A stretch of DNA of 64,000 nt from Eledone cirrhosa (GCA_964016885.1 OZ024755.1:17546001-17610000), one strand, 5' to 3'; shown: positions 1 to 14,722, counted from the first letter of the stretch. The notes: generated by a model not told the origin, from the sequence alone. A program made the numbers and translations.

Positions 1-796
1 CCTGTAAGTGAAATTGGGGAGACAGAAACCATTTCGAAGTTTGTCAGATGGATTCTACTCCTAATTCAAAGGGTCAGCCTTGTCACATACTATGTTATTC
101 TGAATCCTCCTAAGAATAACGTTAAGGGTACACATGTCTGTGGAATGCTCAGACACTTGCATATTCATTTTATGAGCGGGCTGTTTCCATTACTTGTCAA
201 CAAAACCTCTGAAGATTCATTCTATCTCACTAAAAATCTGAACGAAACTACAACAAAAATATATGAATATAAATACTCAGAACATGAAATAGTATTGGAA
301 TGTTTAGAACTCGTTGAATGAAATAGTTATATTTGCCATGTAATTCTTAAGATTTTTCAAAAAGTTATTTTAAATCCAAATCTACTCACATCAGACAGAT
401 CAAAGTTTCTTTCTGGTAAAGATTTTCAGTTACAGATTGCAGATATAGCTTTCTTAAGACAGCTGCCAATGACAGAATTTTTTTCAAAAGAGTAAAATAG
501 ATTGCTGAACGAAATAAGAAGGATAATAGTTTAAAAATAAATAAATAGATAAATAAATAAATAAAATAATAAATAAATAAATAAATAGATAAAAAAATAA
601 ATACATAAATAAAAAATGCAGTGGTGATGGCGGAAGACAGATGGGTGTAAAAAATTCTGCAACGGAACTAAGTGATATTTTCTCTTTCGTGATTAGTAAA
701 AGATATTTCTTCAAAATTACATCTTTTCCCAAAATAAATTTCTAAGAATATGTTTCCTTGAATAACTGAATATTTCCCCATGTAGTTAATGAATTA

Positions 797-844
<48 letters not shown>

Positions 845-881
845 CATATGAATGCATGAATCTTTGTGTGTGTATATACAG

Positions 882-931
<50 letters not shown>

Positions 932-1322
932 CATATATATATATGTGTGTGCATGTGTATATATATATATATGTGTGTGTATGTGTATATATATATATAT
1001 ATGTGTGTGTGTGTATATATATATATATATACATGCACACATACATATATGTGTTTCTAATAGAAAGTGTGGATCAAGAAAAAAGTATTTCATTATCTAC
1101 ATTCCATTTTACTCTTTGATGTTTTTTTTATTATATTTCAAATTGTAGTTTTTCTTCCAATATATATTGTTATCTGATATTCAAGCCATGTTTTATGTTT
1201 AAACTTCATGAACTGAGAACATTAGAAATAAGGATTTGAAATAAGTTAATATCTCTATATTTTTTCCAGTAAATTCTTGTGTTACTACTTTGAAAGAAAC
1301 AATATGTGTATATATGAATATA

Positions 1323-1411
<89 letters not shown>

Positions 1412-1451
1412 ATATATGAATATATATATGTATATGTGTGTGTGTGTGTAT

Positions 1452-1492
<41 letters not shown>

Positions 1493-1527
1493 TTCATATA
1501 TACACATATTGTTTCTTTCAAAGTAGT

Positions 1528-1575
<48 letters not shown>

Positions 1576-1917
1576 TGTATATATGAATATATATATATAT
1601 ATAGCATCATCATCATTTTAACATCCACTTTCCCTGCTAGCAAGTGTTGGACTATATATACATATGTATGTATATGTGTGTGCATATTTGAGTGTATATA
1701 CATACACAAACAAACATTGTGTATATTTAGCTTATCTTTGTGAACTTTTACGAAGTGCTGAGGGGATAAAGTTAATATACAGAGTGATGTGGTCAGGTGC
1801 AAAGATGCCATGAAATAGCTTATAATTAGGCTGAAGAGCCTTAAAGATTGAAAAAGTAATTGCCATCAAACCATATATCTCCCATATATATATGTATATG
1901 TACACATATATATATAT

Positions 1918-2251
1918 ATCATCATCATCGTTTTACGTCCGCTTTTCCCTGCTTGCAAGGGTGGGACAGGAACTGATTCTGGCTTGATTTCTACAGCTGG
2001 ATGCCCTTCTATCACCAACCTCATTTACAGTGAGTGCTGGGTGCTTTTTACCGTGGCACCTCCACGACCACTTTGCAGTGAAATGATATGGACCCCAGTC
2101 CCTATCATCTCATTTCTACAGCTGAGTAAACTGGAGCAATGTGAAATAAAGTATCTTGCTCAAGGAAACAACACATCGCACGGTCTGAAAATTGAACTCA
2201 TAACCTTCCGATTGCAAGGCCAATGCTCTAACCACTAAGCCATGTGCCTCC
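1918..2251 (-). mobile_element. tRNA-derived SINE family 2 (RTE-type tail)
   Basis: Head ggaggcacatggcttagtggttagagc (A box)...gagttcaatt (B box), core ccttgagcaaga..., (gat)n tail. Confidence 0.88.
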
Positions 2252-2273
2252 ATATATATATATATATATATAT

Positions 2274-2697
2274 GTAGGAGGTGAGTTTTATTGTAGTACA
2301 ATAAAGCAATGCAGATATCGGATAAGAAGCACTCTACAGTTTGTGGGACTGGAGTATGCATAATATAAGATCAAAAGATGGTTAAAGGAGTTCCATATAT
2401 TTTATTATGCGCATTTCAAAAACAAACATCATCAAGCAATAATATTTGTGTTTTCATCAGATAAAACAGGAGAACATGATATGAAGGCTAAAAAACACTT
2501 GTTGATAGTGCAGTTTTAAATCAACATATATGTTGATTTAAAACTGCACTATCAACAAGTGTTTTTTAGCCTTCATATCATGTTCTCCTGTTTTATCTGA
2601 TGAAAACACAAATATTATTGCTTGATGATGTTTGTTTTTGAAATGAGCATAATAAAATATATGGAACTCCTTTAACCATCTTTTGATCTTATATTAT
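2274..2697 (-). mobile_element. Hammerhead fold-back element family A (PLE-terminus-like) in (TA)n
   Basis: Near-perfect palindrome 2361-2528/2529-2696, plus a non-duplicated tail 2274-2360; about 90% similar copy at 33983-34380. Confidence 0.85.
2400..2466 (-). ncRNA. Type I hammerhead ribozyme (family A)
   Basis: Minus strand: ttttat-CTGATGA-aaacac...gttttt-GAAA-tgcgca-TA-ataaaa. Stem I ttttat/ataaaa, palindromic stem III atgcgcat, AUA triplet. Mirror copy 2591-2657 (+) has one stem III substitution. Confidence 0.8.
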
Positions 2698-2739
2698 ATA
2701 TATATATATATATAAATCAGAATCGAGCCAGTTTAAAAC

Positions 2740-2910
2740 TATTTAGACCATTACTCAACAGAGAACTCAAAGCTTTGGGTTGTAGTGTATGGTTATATTA
2801 TAAAGAGTTGGAACCTGGCAGCAGAGCTCTTGCTATTTCAACAGCTAGTTCAAGTCTTGAACCAGCTGTTGAAATGGCAAAGGCTCAGCTAATGGGTCCC
2901 ACCTCTTTAA
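2740..2910 (-). mobile_element. Old diverged member of fold-back family D
   Basis: Short hairpin ...tttcaacagctagttcaag/cttgaaccagctgttgaaa...; minus-strand tail acactacaacccaaagctttgagttctc resembles family D tail actctacaaccctaagtattgagtactc. Confidence 0.45.
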
Positions 2911-3463
2911 TATATATATATATATACACACACGCATATACATATATGTATATGTGTGTATAGATATTATATGAGGCAGCAGTGATGGGTGATGCTTCTT
3001 ACTTGCCATATTTTTATATGTGATTTTATTCAATAAGCCTTCCTTTAAAACATTAGATACCAACCTGTCCAAAACCAGCTCTGGTTCGACGAACCAAATC
3101 ATCTATTTTAAAGAGTTGCTATATAAATAAAAATCTTTCAACATATTTTTATATAAGAACCTTTTTTTAAGTTATATTACAAATATTATCTTGGTAATGA
3201 AATAACTTATAATTTTAATATTTTAATAAATTCTTCTATATTCTTCAATAACTAATTCCAGTAGATTATATTTCAATAGAAACTATCTTCAGTAATGTAA
3301 CATTATACCAATAACACATGCACATATATGTACATATATGTACACACATTCCATATGTATATTTGCTAAATGTGCATATTTTTATTTTCTCTTAGCTAGT
3401 TAGAATTTGTTCAGCTGTGGCTATAAATTTACTAAGTCTAAGGCAATTGGGGGCATGTGTATA

Positions 3464-3620
<157 letters not shown>

Positions 3621-3638
3621 CTGTGTTTTTGTGTGTGC

Positions 3639-3669
<31 letters not shown>

Positions 3670-4310
3670 AATATATATATACACATGCACACACATTAAA
3701 ACACAATCATAAAAGCTTGCACATGCACACACATTCTTATTGTTCTCCAGAAATAATTGGCATGAGATATTTGCAATGAACTCTTCAGTATTCCAAACCA
3801 AGCACTTCTGAAACCTAGCTGCAGTCAGAGAAAATCCTGAAGGAAATTAAAATTCTTTATTCCCAGAAAGTATTGCAACCCAATTCAAAGACTGAATCTT
3901 TGGCAATGTAAAAGTATTAACACAAACGTTTGAATATATATGCATCCACACAGATACACAACACACACAAATGCACAAACATACTGACAGATATATACAC
4001 AAATACACAGGCACATATACATTTTTATTAGAACAGTTATAGCATCAAAGACTTAATGGTTAGATTCGCTAATGCAGCATTCTTCATAATATCCCCTGGT
4101 AATTCTTTCTTGGCCTTTAACAGCAGAGAAATCTCTGAGGGTAAAAATAAGCATTTTTCTTGGAATATAGTGAAAAGATTCTAGCTAGGAGATGTCAATC
4201 AACTGAACAAAATAAGGTGTTGCATGTGTTTATTCACACTCACATGCACACACATACATATATACATATATACACACATATATATATATAGAGAGAGAGA
4301 TAGATATATA

Positions 4311-4364
<54 letters not shown>

Positions 4365-4498
4365 CATACACACACACATATATATATATATATATACATA
4401 CACACATTATGTATTAAAAAAACATGCAAACATGAAAAAATAAGCGTTAAATGATGATGATGATGATGATTGATGATGATATATATATATATATATAT

Positions 4499-4704
4499 AA
4501 CGAAGGAAATATGGTAAGGAACCATGTGGACCATAACGCACAAAAAGTACTCAATACTTAGAGTAGTAGAGTGGGTAATAGGAACGAGTAGGACCCCGAC
4601 GGCTGAGCTCAAGCCGTTTCGACGGCTAATTCTGGACAAGAATCAGTCCAGAATTAGCCGTCAAAACGGCTTGAGCTCAGCCGTCGGGGTCCTACTCGTT
4701 CCTA
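4499..4704 (-). mobile_element. Fold-back element family D carrying the 3' half of a hammerhead
   Basis: Inverted arms about 4578-4637/4646-4704. Minus strand GAAA-cggct-tgagctc-agccg-TC (GUC triplet, palindromic loop gagctc). Tail actc...gagtac. In (TA)n. Confidence 0.8.
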
Positions 4705-4708
4705 TATA

Positions 4709-4757
<49 letters not shown>

Positions 4758-4804
4758 GGGAGGTTGAGTAATAAGTAAACAGAAATAAACAAAACAAATG
4801 ATGC

Positions 4805-4845
<41 letters not shown>

Positions 4846-5268
4846 TTCGTTTAACGTCCATTTTCCATGTATATTAGTTTAATGCTTGAAATAGTAGGAA
4901 AACAGTTTTAACACTTCAGACATAAGTCCTTCATCAGAAAACAGAATTAGAAATAAAAGATGAAATAAAAAGATAGAGTGTGAGAAAAGGATGGAACAGA
5001 AAATAAAATTCATAGGAAAAAAAAAAACATCTGTGTATTCAATATTTTAAATTGAAAGCTAAAAGGATCAACGTTGTTTGACTATGAGAAATAAACTAAT
5101 AACTTTTGGCATATAAACACTGGAGACAGAAGCTAATCGTGCAGGGGCAGTGCTGTGCAATTAGTTTCCATCTCTAGGGTTTATTTGCCTTGATTTATTA
5201 GTCTATTTTCCATAGTCAAAATCTTCCTATCACTCAACAGTTCTAAAAATAAATTGTTTCCATATACT

Positions 5269-5317
<49 letters not shown>

Positions 5318-5394
5318 ATTTATATATATATATAAACATTCATAAATATCATCATCATCATTTGTCTGCCTCCCCCTGCTTGCAAGGGTTGGAC

Positions 5395-5458
<64 letters not shown>

Positions 5459-5480
5459 GTATATATATATATATATATAT

Positions 5481-5928
5481 ACAATATTAAATAAATGGAA
5501 AACTATATTTATAAAACCATATTTATTTCATTATATATATTTCGGGGATATCATATTAACAATATGCTATGCCTTCATCAGACAAAATACAATATAAACA
5601 GTTTTATAGATAAATATATTCGACATACCGTAATAAACATCAACTTCATTTTGAAAATGAAGTTGATGTTTATTACGAGATGTTTATTACGGTATGTCGA
5701 ATATATTTATCTATAAAACTGTTTATATTGTATTTTGTCTGATGAAGGCATAGCATATTGTTAATATGATATCCCCGAAATATATATAATGAAATAAATA
5801 TGGTTTTATAAATATAGTTTTCCATTTATTTAATATTGTAAATATACTCCAAGTATTTGTCGAGTGCTTTTATATCAGTTATAAATATTTACTAGTTGTA
5901 ACCCAACAATTTTAAATATAACTTTACA
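5481..5928 (+). mobile_element. Hammerhead fold-back element family B
   Basis: Arms about 5481-5650/5652-5840 with a small central 13-nt duplication. Tail atactccaagtatttgtcgagtgc... running into (TA)n. Confidence 0.85.
5732..5795 (+). ncRNA. Type I hammerhead ribozyme (family B)
   Basis: attttgt-CTGATGA-aggcatagcatattgttaatatgatatcccc-GAAA-tatata-TA-atgaaat. Stem I attttgt/atgaaat, hairpin stem II, palindromic stem III. Mirror copy at 5525-5588 (-). Confidence 0.78.
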
Positions 5929-6216
5929 TATATATATATATATATACATTCATATATATATATATATATATATATATACATTCATATATATATATATACA
6001 TTCACATATATATATATATATATATATACATTCACATATATATATATACGTTCATATATATATATACATTCACATATATATATATACGTTCATATATATA
6101 TATACATTCACATATATATATATATATATTCATATATATATATACACATTCACATATATATATATATATTCATATATACATATATATACACACATTCATA
6201 TATATATATAAATTCA

Positions 6217-6267
<51 letters not shown>

Positions 6268-6488
6268 ACTCATATATATGTATATATATATGTATTTATA
6301 TATGTATGAATATATGTTTATTTCATCTATGTGCTAATGACACTGAATATAGATTAAATCTAAATTATTAAATAGCTAATCTTTTAAATAGTAACCTTTA
6401 GCCTCATACTAAATGAAAGATTTCTTTTTTGATGAAGTCGCCAATATACTGAAAAAACCAACACATCCATCACATTCTAACACATATA

Positions 6489-6536
<48 letters not shown>

Positions 6537-6726
6537 CATATATGTATGTATACACACACACATATACATATATATGTATGTATATACATATATATATATA
6601 TGTATGTATATATATATATATATATGTATGTACATATATATATATATGTATGTATGTATGTACATACATATATATACATGTGTATGTATGTATATATATG
6701 TATATACATATATATATATATACATA

Positions 6727-7166
6727 TCTCCGGGATAGAAGACCTTAGCCTTTGTCCGGGAGAGATGACCCCTTAGCCTTTGTCAAGGCAGAATTCTAGG
6801 AGAAGGAAAACTCTGATATAACACCTGCAACTCTGATGGTATCCAATGATGTTGACTTGTTCTTCTTATTGGTAAATATCATCTTGGTTAAGAGAGTGGG
6901 ACTGGCTTTGTGCAGTGCCTTTGCTCACTATAAAAGCTTTACGGCACAGGCATTGCTTTATATCTGGAGATCTCTCTACACTTGTCCTCACATGGTACCA
7001 TGGGCCCAGCATTATGTGTCAATAATTGTCACAAGTGTAGTGTTTGTACCAGAGTTTTCAAGTCGCTGGCTGGACTAAAAAGTCACACTCGTTCAGCGCA
7101 TCGGTAGAGGTTCTCCTACATGGATATAAAGTAGTGGCCGTACTCGAAAACGAGTTGGCAGCCACC
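6727..7166 (+). mobile_element. Bipartite non-autonomous LINE derivative, 5'-truncated copy
   Basis: Encodes [23 protein letters not shown]; ends ctcgaaaacgagttggcagccacc into TA repeat. Confidence 0.7.
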
Positions 7167-7473
7167 ATATATATATGTATGTATGTATGTACATATATAT
7201 ATATATGTTTGTATATACATATATATATATGTACGTTTGTATATACATATATATATATGTATGTTTGTATATACATATATATATATATATATGCATGTTT
7301 ATATATACATATATATATGTATGTATGTTACTATATACATATATATGTATGTATGTATATACATATATATATGTGTGTATGTATGTATATACATATGCAA
7401 TACAGTATATATTCCTGTATGTATTTATGTATGTATGTATATATATATATATTCCTGTATGTATTTATGTATG

Positions 7474-7505
<32 letters not shown>

Positions 7506-7552
7506 TTTATGTATGTATGTATATATATATATGTATGTATATATGTATATAA

Positions 7553-7637
<85 letters not shown>

Positions 7638-7664
7638 CATATGTATATACATATGTATATATAT

Positions 7665-7869
7665 AGGAAAAGAGTCAGGACTCTGACGGCTGAACTCTAG
7701 TCCTTTCGACAGCTAGATCCGAACTGAGTTCTGATCTAGCTGTCAAAATGGCCGGAGCTCACCCGTCGGGGTCCTGAATCTTTTCCTATTACCCACTCTA
7801 CTACCCTATGTATTGAGTACTCTGGTGTGTTATGGTCCACCTGGTTTCTTACCACACATTGACATTATG
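7665..7869 (+). mobile_element. Fold-back element family D, copy
   Basis: Degenerate inverted arms, then ttcctattacccactctactaccctatgtattgagtactc tail homologous to the 4499 copy. Confidence 0.75.
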
Positions 7870-8054
7870 TATATATCAATTTAAATGTTACTTATCTCTC
7901 ATACTTAGACATCTCAATGATAGGATAAAATATAGAGATAATTTATCAAATACAGAAAAGTAATTAGACATATTACAGGTAAGACAAAACTCAATTTAGG
8001 TGTGTATAAGCTGGACCGAGTAAACTAAGTCAATTTAATGCATATATATATATA

Positions 8055-8487
8055 CAATGTCACTGGACCGTGACCTTTGGCGGTACTCAGTAACAGAGAA
8101 GACCCGCCTTGCCAGTAGGCATCTCTAACAAACTACACCCCGTCCCGCCACCACCCCCACCCCATCCACACCACCCCGTTCCATGTAAAGTTATGTTGGT
8201 GCCGCGCCATCCAGGCCGAAACAAACGAGATCGTGTAGGTGTCACGACAAAAAAACACACAGTCCACGCTGTAATGTGGCCGTGTAGGCAACACGGTAAA
8301 AACCTCCCAGACCCACACTGTAAATGTGGTTGGTGTTAGGAAGGGCATCCAACTGTAGAAAACCTGCCAGACAGTCCTATGCGAGCAAGACAATCACTCT
8401 TGCCTCAAGTGGGACTACCCCCATCCAAACCCATGCAAGCGTGGAACACGGACGTTAAACGTTGATGATGATGATGATGATGATGAT
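8055..8487 (+). mobile_element. RTE LINE 3' end
   Basis: Matches 35988-36424. Confidence 0.88.
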
Positions 8488-8559
8488 ATATATATATATA
8501 TATATATTTATTAAAATAACAGATTAAAGTTTAAGCAAAGAATCGCTGCTTATTATTAC

Positions 8560-8602
<43 letters not shown>

Positions 8603-8724
8603 ATACACCTATATACATAGGCATATAAAGATATATATATATATCTAGCTAACCTTAGTCTCCTCTGATACTTTTGAGCTGACTTTTTGGAGGCTCCCGT
8701 GCAGTTCTGAGTTCTTCATCCTCA

Positions 8725-8787
<63 letters not shown>

Positions 8788-8792
<5 letters not shown>

Positions 8793-9118
8793 GTGAGGTT
8801 TTCTTTACATAATGAAAAATAACCGAGGTGTCCTACACGAGTGAAAGTATAAAGAAAAAAAGATGAAATCGAAAATGCAACTGGAGACTTATTTAAAAAA
8901 AAATATATATATTTATTTGGTTCCTTTACCGGTTTCGCTGTTCTTCTGCTTTTCAAAAGTAGAGTTGAGATGGAGGGTCTGTGGTTTTTCTAAAAACCCT
9001 CCATCTCAACTCTACTTTTGAAAAGCAGAAGAACTGCGTAACCGGTAAAAGGAACCAAATAAATATATATATTTTTTTTAAAATAAGTCTCCAGTTGCAT
9101 TTTCGATTTCATCTTTTT

Positions 9119-9122
<4 letters not shown>
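8788..9122 (-). mobile_element. Fold-back element family H (hammerhead 3' half)
   Basis: Arms about 8855-8978/8996-9121. Minus strand GAAA-ccgg-TA (palindromic accggt). Flanked by (TA)n. Related non-foldback copy at 12996-13225. Confidence 0.7.
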
Positions 9123-9157
<35 letters not shown>

Positions 9158-9205
9158 TATTAACACAACAGTTAGTTCACCATACTGAGAACAATTGTTT
9201 CACTT

Positions 9206-9238
<33 letters not shown>

Positions 9239-9543
9239 GGGGAGGGAGAGAAAGAGAGATACATATATGTGTATGTATATATGTAATGATACATAATTTC
9301 AATACGCTATTTATGATATTAGAACAAACATTTTATGAAAAATGAATGATTTCTCCAGAAACAGTCTGTCTAATAAATTATTTATTATTTTTCTTTGGCA
9401 CTTTATAATCTCCTAAACTCATATTTTCAGTAATATTCAATGGTTTCTTACAGAAACCATTGGATATAAATGTTGCATGGAGGTAACAAAAGGACTTAGT
9501 TTGCATTTTTAAAATTATTATTATCAATATTATTATTGATATC

Positions 9544-10640
9544 AGGGCAGCGGATTGGCAGTATCGGTAGTGTTGGACAACATGCTTTGCTGCATAGAGT
9601 TGCGGCCCTTTACGGCCTGAGTTCAAATCCTGCCTAGGTTAGCTTTACCTTTCATCCTTTTGATAAAAAAAAAAAGCACGATTAACATACTGGGGTCGAT
9701 TTAATTGACTTTCCCCTCCCCTTAAATCACTGGCCTTGTGCCTATACTAGAAATCATTATTGCTATGGCGGTGGATTGGCGGTATCGGTAGAGGGTCGGA
9801 CGCCATGCTTTCCAGCATAGAGTTACGGCCCTTGCCATTCTCAGTTCAAATCCCGCCGAGGTTAACTTTGCCTTTCATCCTTACAGGATCGAGAAAATAA
9901 CGTACCAGTAATGCACTGGGTGATTGCTGTCCTTGTGCCAAAAGTAGAAACAATTATTATTTTATATATATAAGGGTGGCAAATTGGCTGTAATGATGAG
10001 ATGTTAGACAACATGCTTTGCGATATGGAGTTACGGCTCTTTACAGTCTGAGTTCAAATCCTACTGATGTTAGTTTTGCCTTTCATCCTTACCGGGTCAA
10101 TAAAATAAAGTACCAGTAACACACTGAGGGTGATTTAACCCTATAGCATTTACAAAACTCTATATTTACTATTGTAATTTCGCAATAAACACTTTATTTC
10201 ACATAAATATCTCACATAATATCGAATGTATAAGATTTTGATATTAGTTATTTTGAGAACAATACCTTAACATAAATAGGAGTAGCTGGTTACAGCCAGT
10301 TTAAGCAGAAAGAGGTTAGAGAATTCTGGCCGGATATGGCCGGTTTAAATGCTAAAGGGTTAATCAATTTACCCCTTCCCTTCAAATTGCTGGCCTTGTG
10401 CCAAATATAGAAACAATTATTTGGATTGGCAGTATCGGTAGAGCATCAGAGACCATGCTTTGTAGCATAGAATTATGGCCCTTTATGTTCTGAGTTCAAA
10501 TCGCACCAAGGTTAACTTTGCCTTTCATCCTTTCGATGTCGATAAAATAAAGTACCAGTAACACACTAAGGGCGATTTTAATCAATTTGCCCTTTCCATT
10601 CATATTGCTGGCCTTATGCCAAATATAGAAACAATTATTA
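9544..10640 (+). mobile_element. Tandem cluster of four tRNA-derived SINE family 1 copies (Meta-domain-like core)
   Basis: Repeated ggattggcagtatcggtag...gagttcaaatcc...gcctttcatcctt...ataaaataaagtacc...ggccttgtgcc. Confidence 0.85.
10135..10362. mobile_element. piggyBac-like MITE (TTAA target) inserted in a SINE
   Basis: TTAA-ccctatagcattta ... taaatgctaaaggg-TTAA; SINE sequence resumes after it. Confidence 0.78.
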
Positions 10641-11139
10641 TTAGTATTACTTATTATCAAACCTGATAAATAAGATGGTCAATTGAATAAAATGTTAGGC
10701 TTCCATCCAAATTCTTATGGATTCTTACAATTTTTCAACTTCCTTTAGCAGTTGTTACATCTGATAAGGAAATCCTACAGAATCAACGTTTTCATAATCT
10801 TGCCTGCTTTATGTATTAGAAGAGCTTTTCACATTTAAAGTTGTTCTAATATTTATGATATCTGCTCTTGAATTGTTTGGATGTCTTTGATTCAGCAACC
10901 TTTGCTTGGTAATTCATTCCAGTTCATATTGATTCTATTTAAGAACCTTTCCTCTCCTAGCTATCTAGATCCATCACCTCTTAATATTTCATTTTATGAA
11001 TGACCTTCTGTTGAAGATTGGCTGAATTCCAATATACTAGCTTCTTTGAAATGTAGTTCTCCTGTTACTATTTCATAGGCATATATGATGTTTCATAGAC
11101 ATACAAGGGTTGGCTGATCAAGATACTCTCACGGAATGA

Positions 11140-11535
11140 CAATTTTGGAGTTGAAGGGAAACTCAATTAAATTGTCCCCAGCGCATTCCTGGTACTCTAT
11201 TTTATCAATCCTGTAAGGATAAAAAATCTAACCTCGGCAGGATTTGAACTCAGAACATAAAGGAACATAACTCTATACCACAAAGCATGTTGTCCAATAT
11301 TCCACCGAAACTGCCAATCCACTACCCTGATATCAATAATAATTGTTTCTACTTTTGGCACAAGGCCAGCAATTATTCCAGGGTATTACTGGTACTTTAT
11401 TTTATCGACTCTGTAAGAATGAAAGGCAAAGTTAACCTCAGCGGGATTTGAACTCAGACCATAAAGGGCCGTAACTCTATGTTGGAAAGCATGACGTCCG
11501 ACCCTCTACCGATACAGCCAATCCACACCCTAATA
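11140..11535 (-). mobile_element. Two SINE family 1 copies
   Basis: Reverse complement of the family 1 consensus. Confidence 0.82.
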
Positions 11536-11720
11536 TCAATAATAATAATAATAATAAATATATCAATAGCAAACTAAACCATTGTTACTGGCCATGCTGT
11601 AGTTTATATTGTATTTATTTAAATCTCTCTTCATCTTCAGAGGATAATCCATAACTGACTTTATTTTTCCAGATTCCTTTCATGACACATTTTTTCATGT
11701 ATTGTTTAATTCTTTATTTT

Positions 11721-11910
11721 TACAGTGAAATTCCATTGTAATGAAATTCATGATGTATAAAAAAAAATTTGTTGTAATGAAAAATTCTTTATAAGATCGA
11801 CCAAATCAAATTGAGCATTTGTTTGTTATTACCTAAGGGATTGAAAAAAAATGTTGTTATTCTGAAAAATTCATTATAATGCTATTCGTTATAATGGAAT
11901 TTTACCTGTA
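11721..11910. mobile_element. Tigger/pogo-like MITE
   Basis: TA-cagtgaaattccattgtaatgaa ... ttcgttataatggaattttacctg-TA; related copy at 62832-62993. Confidence 0.6.
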
Positions 11911-12715
11911 TTATCGTTGTAATTATTATTATTATTGTTTTTGTTGTTAATATTGTAGTTGTTGTTGTTGTGTTTTGGGTTTGGTAAGTTGTGAAGTGTA
12001 GAAAAGTAAGCTCAAGGCAAACTGAATTACAAACTCAGTTTCAATTGCTGGTTTGTAGTTTCTATAATCCCTTGCATTACATGAAAAGGTATAATGAACA
12101 TCACAGCTCATTCTCACTCAAACAATAATTTAAAAAAAAAACTACTGTATTTTTCAGGTTATAAGATTCACTGGTGTATAAAATGAACTGTTATTTTTAA
12201 GAAAATTATTTTAGAAGAAACATATCAATATTGGTTGTATCATATATACTTGTATATAAGTCAAGAAATATGTGACTAAAAAAATTGATGGTGAAATGGG
12301 GCAGTATTATATTCGAGGTCAATATTTTGATGAGGTTTAGCAACTTCAAATTCTACATAAATAAAGTGCTGAAATATCTGAAGTGATTATTTTACAATGA
12401 AACACTGTTTTTTTGTTTTTTTACATTTACTACATCAGTATGAATGTTATTTCTGCATTCCCTTGAGAACTTTCTCAACAAATATTTATAATTTGAACAT
12501 TTTAATACATAAATTTACCTTACATATGCACATAAGAATGTCATCGTGTTTCAGACGTTTACACTTCATCAGAAAATAAAATGAAAGATAGAAGAAGAAA
12601 CAGAAGGATAGATGAGATTAAGAAAACAAAGAAATAGAAAAAAAGCATTTTTCATGGGAGGAAAGCACATGGGTGTTTAGTCTGCAATATATATTATATT
12701 TATATTATATATATA

Positions 12716-12962
12716 TGGAGGTGCCACGGCAAAAAAGCACCCAGCCCACACTGTAAAGTGGACGTGTAGGCGCCACGAAAAAGCACCCAGCACTCACTGT
12801 AAATGAGGTTGGTGTTAGGAAGGGCATCCAGCTGTAGAAATCAAGCCAGATCAGTTCCTGTATGAGCAAGGCATGGTCAGCCGACCAGACACTGCCCACA
12901 ACAGGACAACCCGTCTAACCCATGCTAGCGTGGAAGAACGGACGTAAAACGGTGATGATGAT
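12716..12962 (+). mobile_element. SINE family 2-related 3' fragment
   Basis: ggaggtgccacggcaaaaaagcacccag...ggacgtaaaacggtgatg. Confidence 0.7.
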
Positions 12963-12995
12963 ATTATATATATATATATATATATATTATATATT

Positions 12996-13225
12996 GGTAA
13001 ACGGAATAGAAAATGCTGACAAATTGTTCACAGTTGAAAAATGGTTTAATTAGGAATAAAAGAGTATTAGTGATTGTATGGGTTAGTATTCAGTTGTGGT
13101 TTTAAGTTTTTAAGTTTTTACCGGTTGCGCATTTCTAAATGCTTTTCAAAAATAATTTTGAGATAGAGTGTCCGTGCTGTTTGCTCTGATCTGATTAGTT
13201 TTTGGAATTCTACCTGTTTTTATGT
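12996..13225 (-). mobile_element. Family H-related PLE-terminus-like fragment
   Basis: ttaccggttgcgc...gcttttcaaaa...gagat parallels ttaccggtttcgc...gcttttcaaaa...gagat of the 8788 element; in TA-rich repeat. Confidence 0.5.
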
Positions 13226-13227
13226 TA

Positions 13228-13600
13228 AAATATATATATATAATATATATAATATATATATTATATATATATATATTATATATATATTATATATATATAT
13301 ATTATATATATATTATATATTTATATATATATATTATATATATATTATATATATATATTATATATATATATTATATATATATATATATATTATATATATA
13401 TATTATATATATTATATATATATTATATATATATATTATATATATATATATTATATATATTATATTATATATATATACATATATATATATATTATATATA
13501 TTATATTATATATATATACATATTATATATATATATATATATAATATATATTATATATTATATATATATTATATTATATATATATATATATTATATATAT

Positions 13601-13650
<50 letters not shown>

Positions 13651-14722
13651 CATACATTCAGTGTATAGGATGTAGGCATATCTTGAGGTCAAATTTCTAA
13701 GCGAAAAACGGAATCTTAAACACTAAAAAATACAGTAATTACACATTAAATGATACCTCTAATTATAAAAACTCAAGCAATGTTAAATATTTTAATTAAA
13801 CATAATCAATTGATTTTCTTTTAATTCTGTTTTCACTCTCTCCCTCTTCTCTCTCATTCCAGTGTTTTCTACTACAATTATTTTGAGATATTGATCATGT
13901 ATTGTTTTCTAATTGTTTTAATCTTACATTGTATTGTGTTATGTTCTTAATCAAGTTTTAAACCTTTGTTAATGTTGCTTTCTTCAGTTCTTTTTTGGAT
14001 CAGTCTCTGGATCAAGTTCACTTAGCTCTTCTCCCAGCAGTACAGAGCAACCTGCTGACTCCAACACGTAAATTTTGTTTTTTACTTAGCATGCAAACCT
14101 GTCGCTCACCTAAAACAATGATTCTCTAATATCATTTCACATGGCTGAACTCAATAATATTCTTTTTTAATATCAAAGATATAACATGGTATAGCAATAA
14201 TATTAATACATTGACATACATGCATCCGTATCTGTGTGTGTATAGATATATATACACATTCATACATATAAGCTTATATGTATATATTTAATATATATAT
14301 ATATAAATCTATATGTATATATATATATTATATATATATAAATATATATAATATATTTAATATATATATAATAAATATATATATTTAATATATATATATA
14401 AATATATATAATATATTTAATATATATATAATAAATATATATATTTAATATATATATATAAATATATATTTAATATATATATATTATATATATAAATATA
14501 TATAATATATTTAATATATATATAATAAATATATATATTTAATATATATATATATATAAATATATATATATTATATATATAAATATATATAATATATTTA
14601 ATATATATATAATAAATATATATATTTAATATATATATATAAATATATATTTAATATATATATATATTATATATATAAATATATATAATATATTTAATAT
14701 ATATATAATAAATATATATATG

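Noticed and set aside
2361-2696. Fold-backs as MITEs or assembly artefacts
   Set aside because: One arm extends into an unpaired tail, so the inverted repeats are not terminal. Apices vary between copies, arms carry substitutions, and endpoints recur across independent loci
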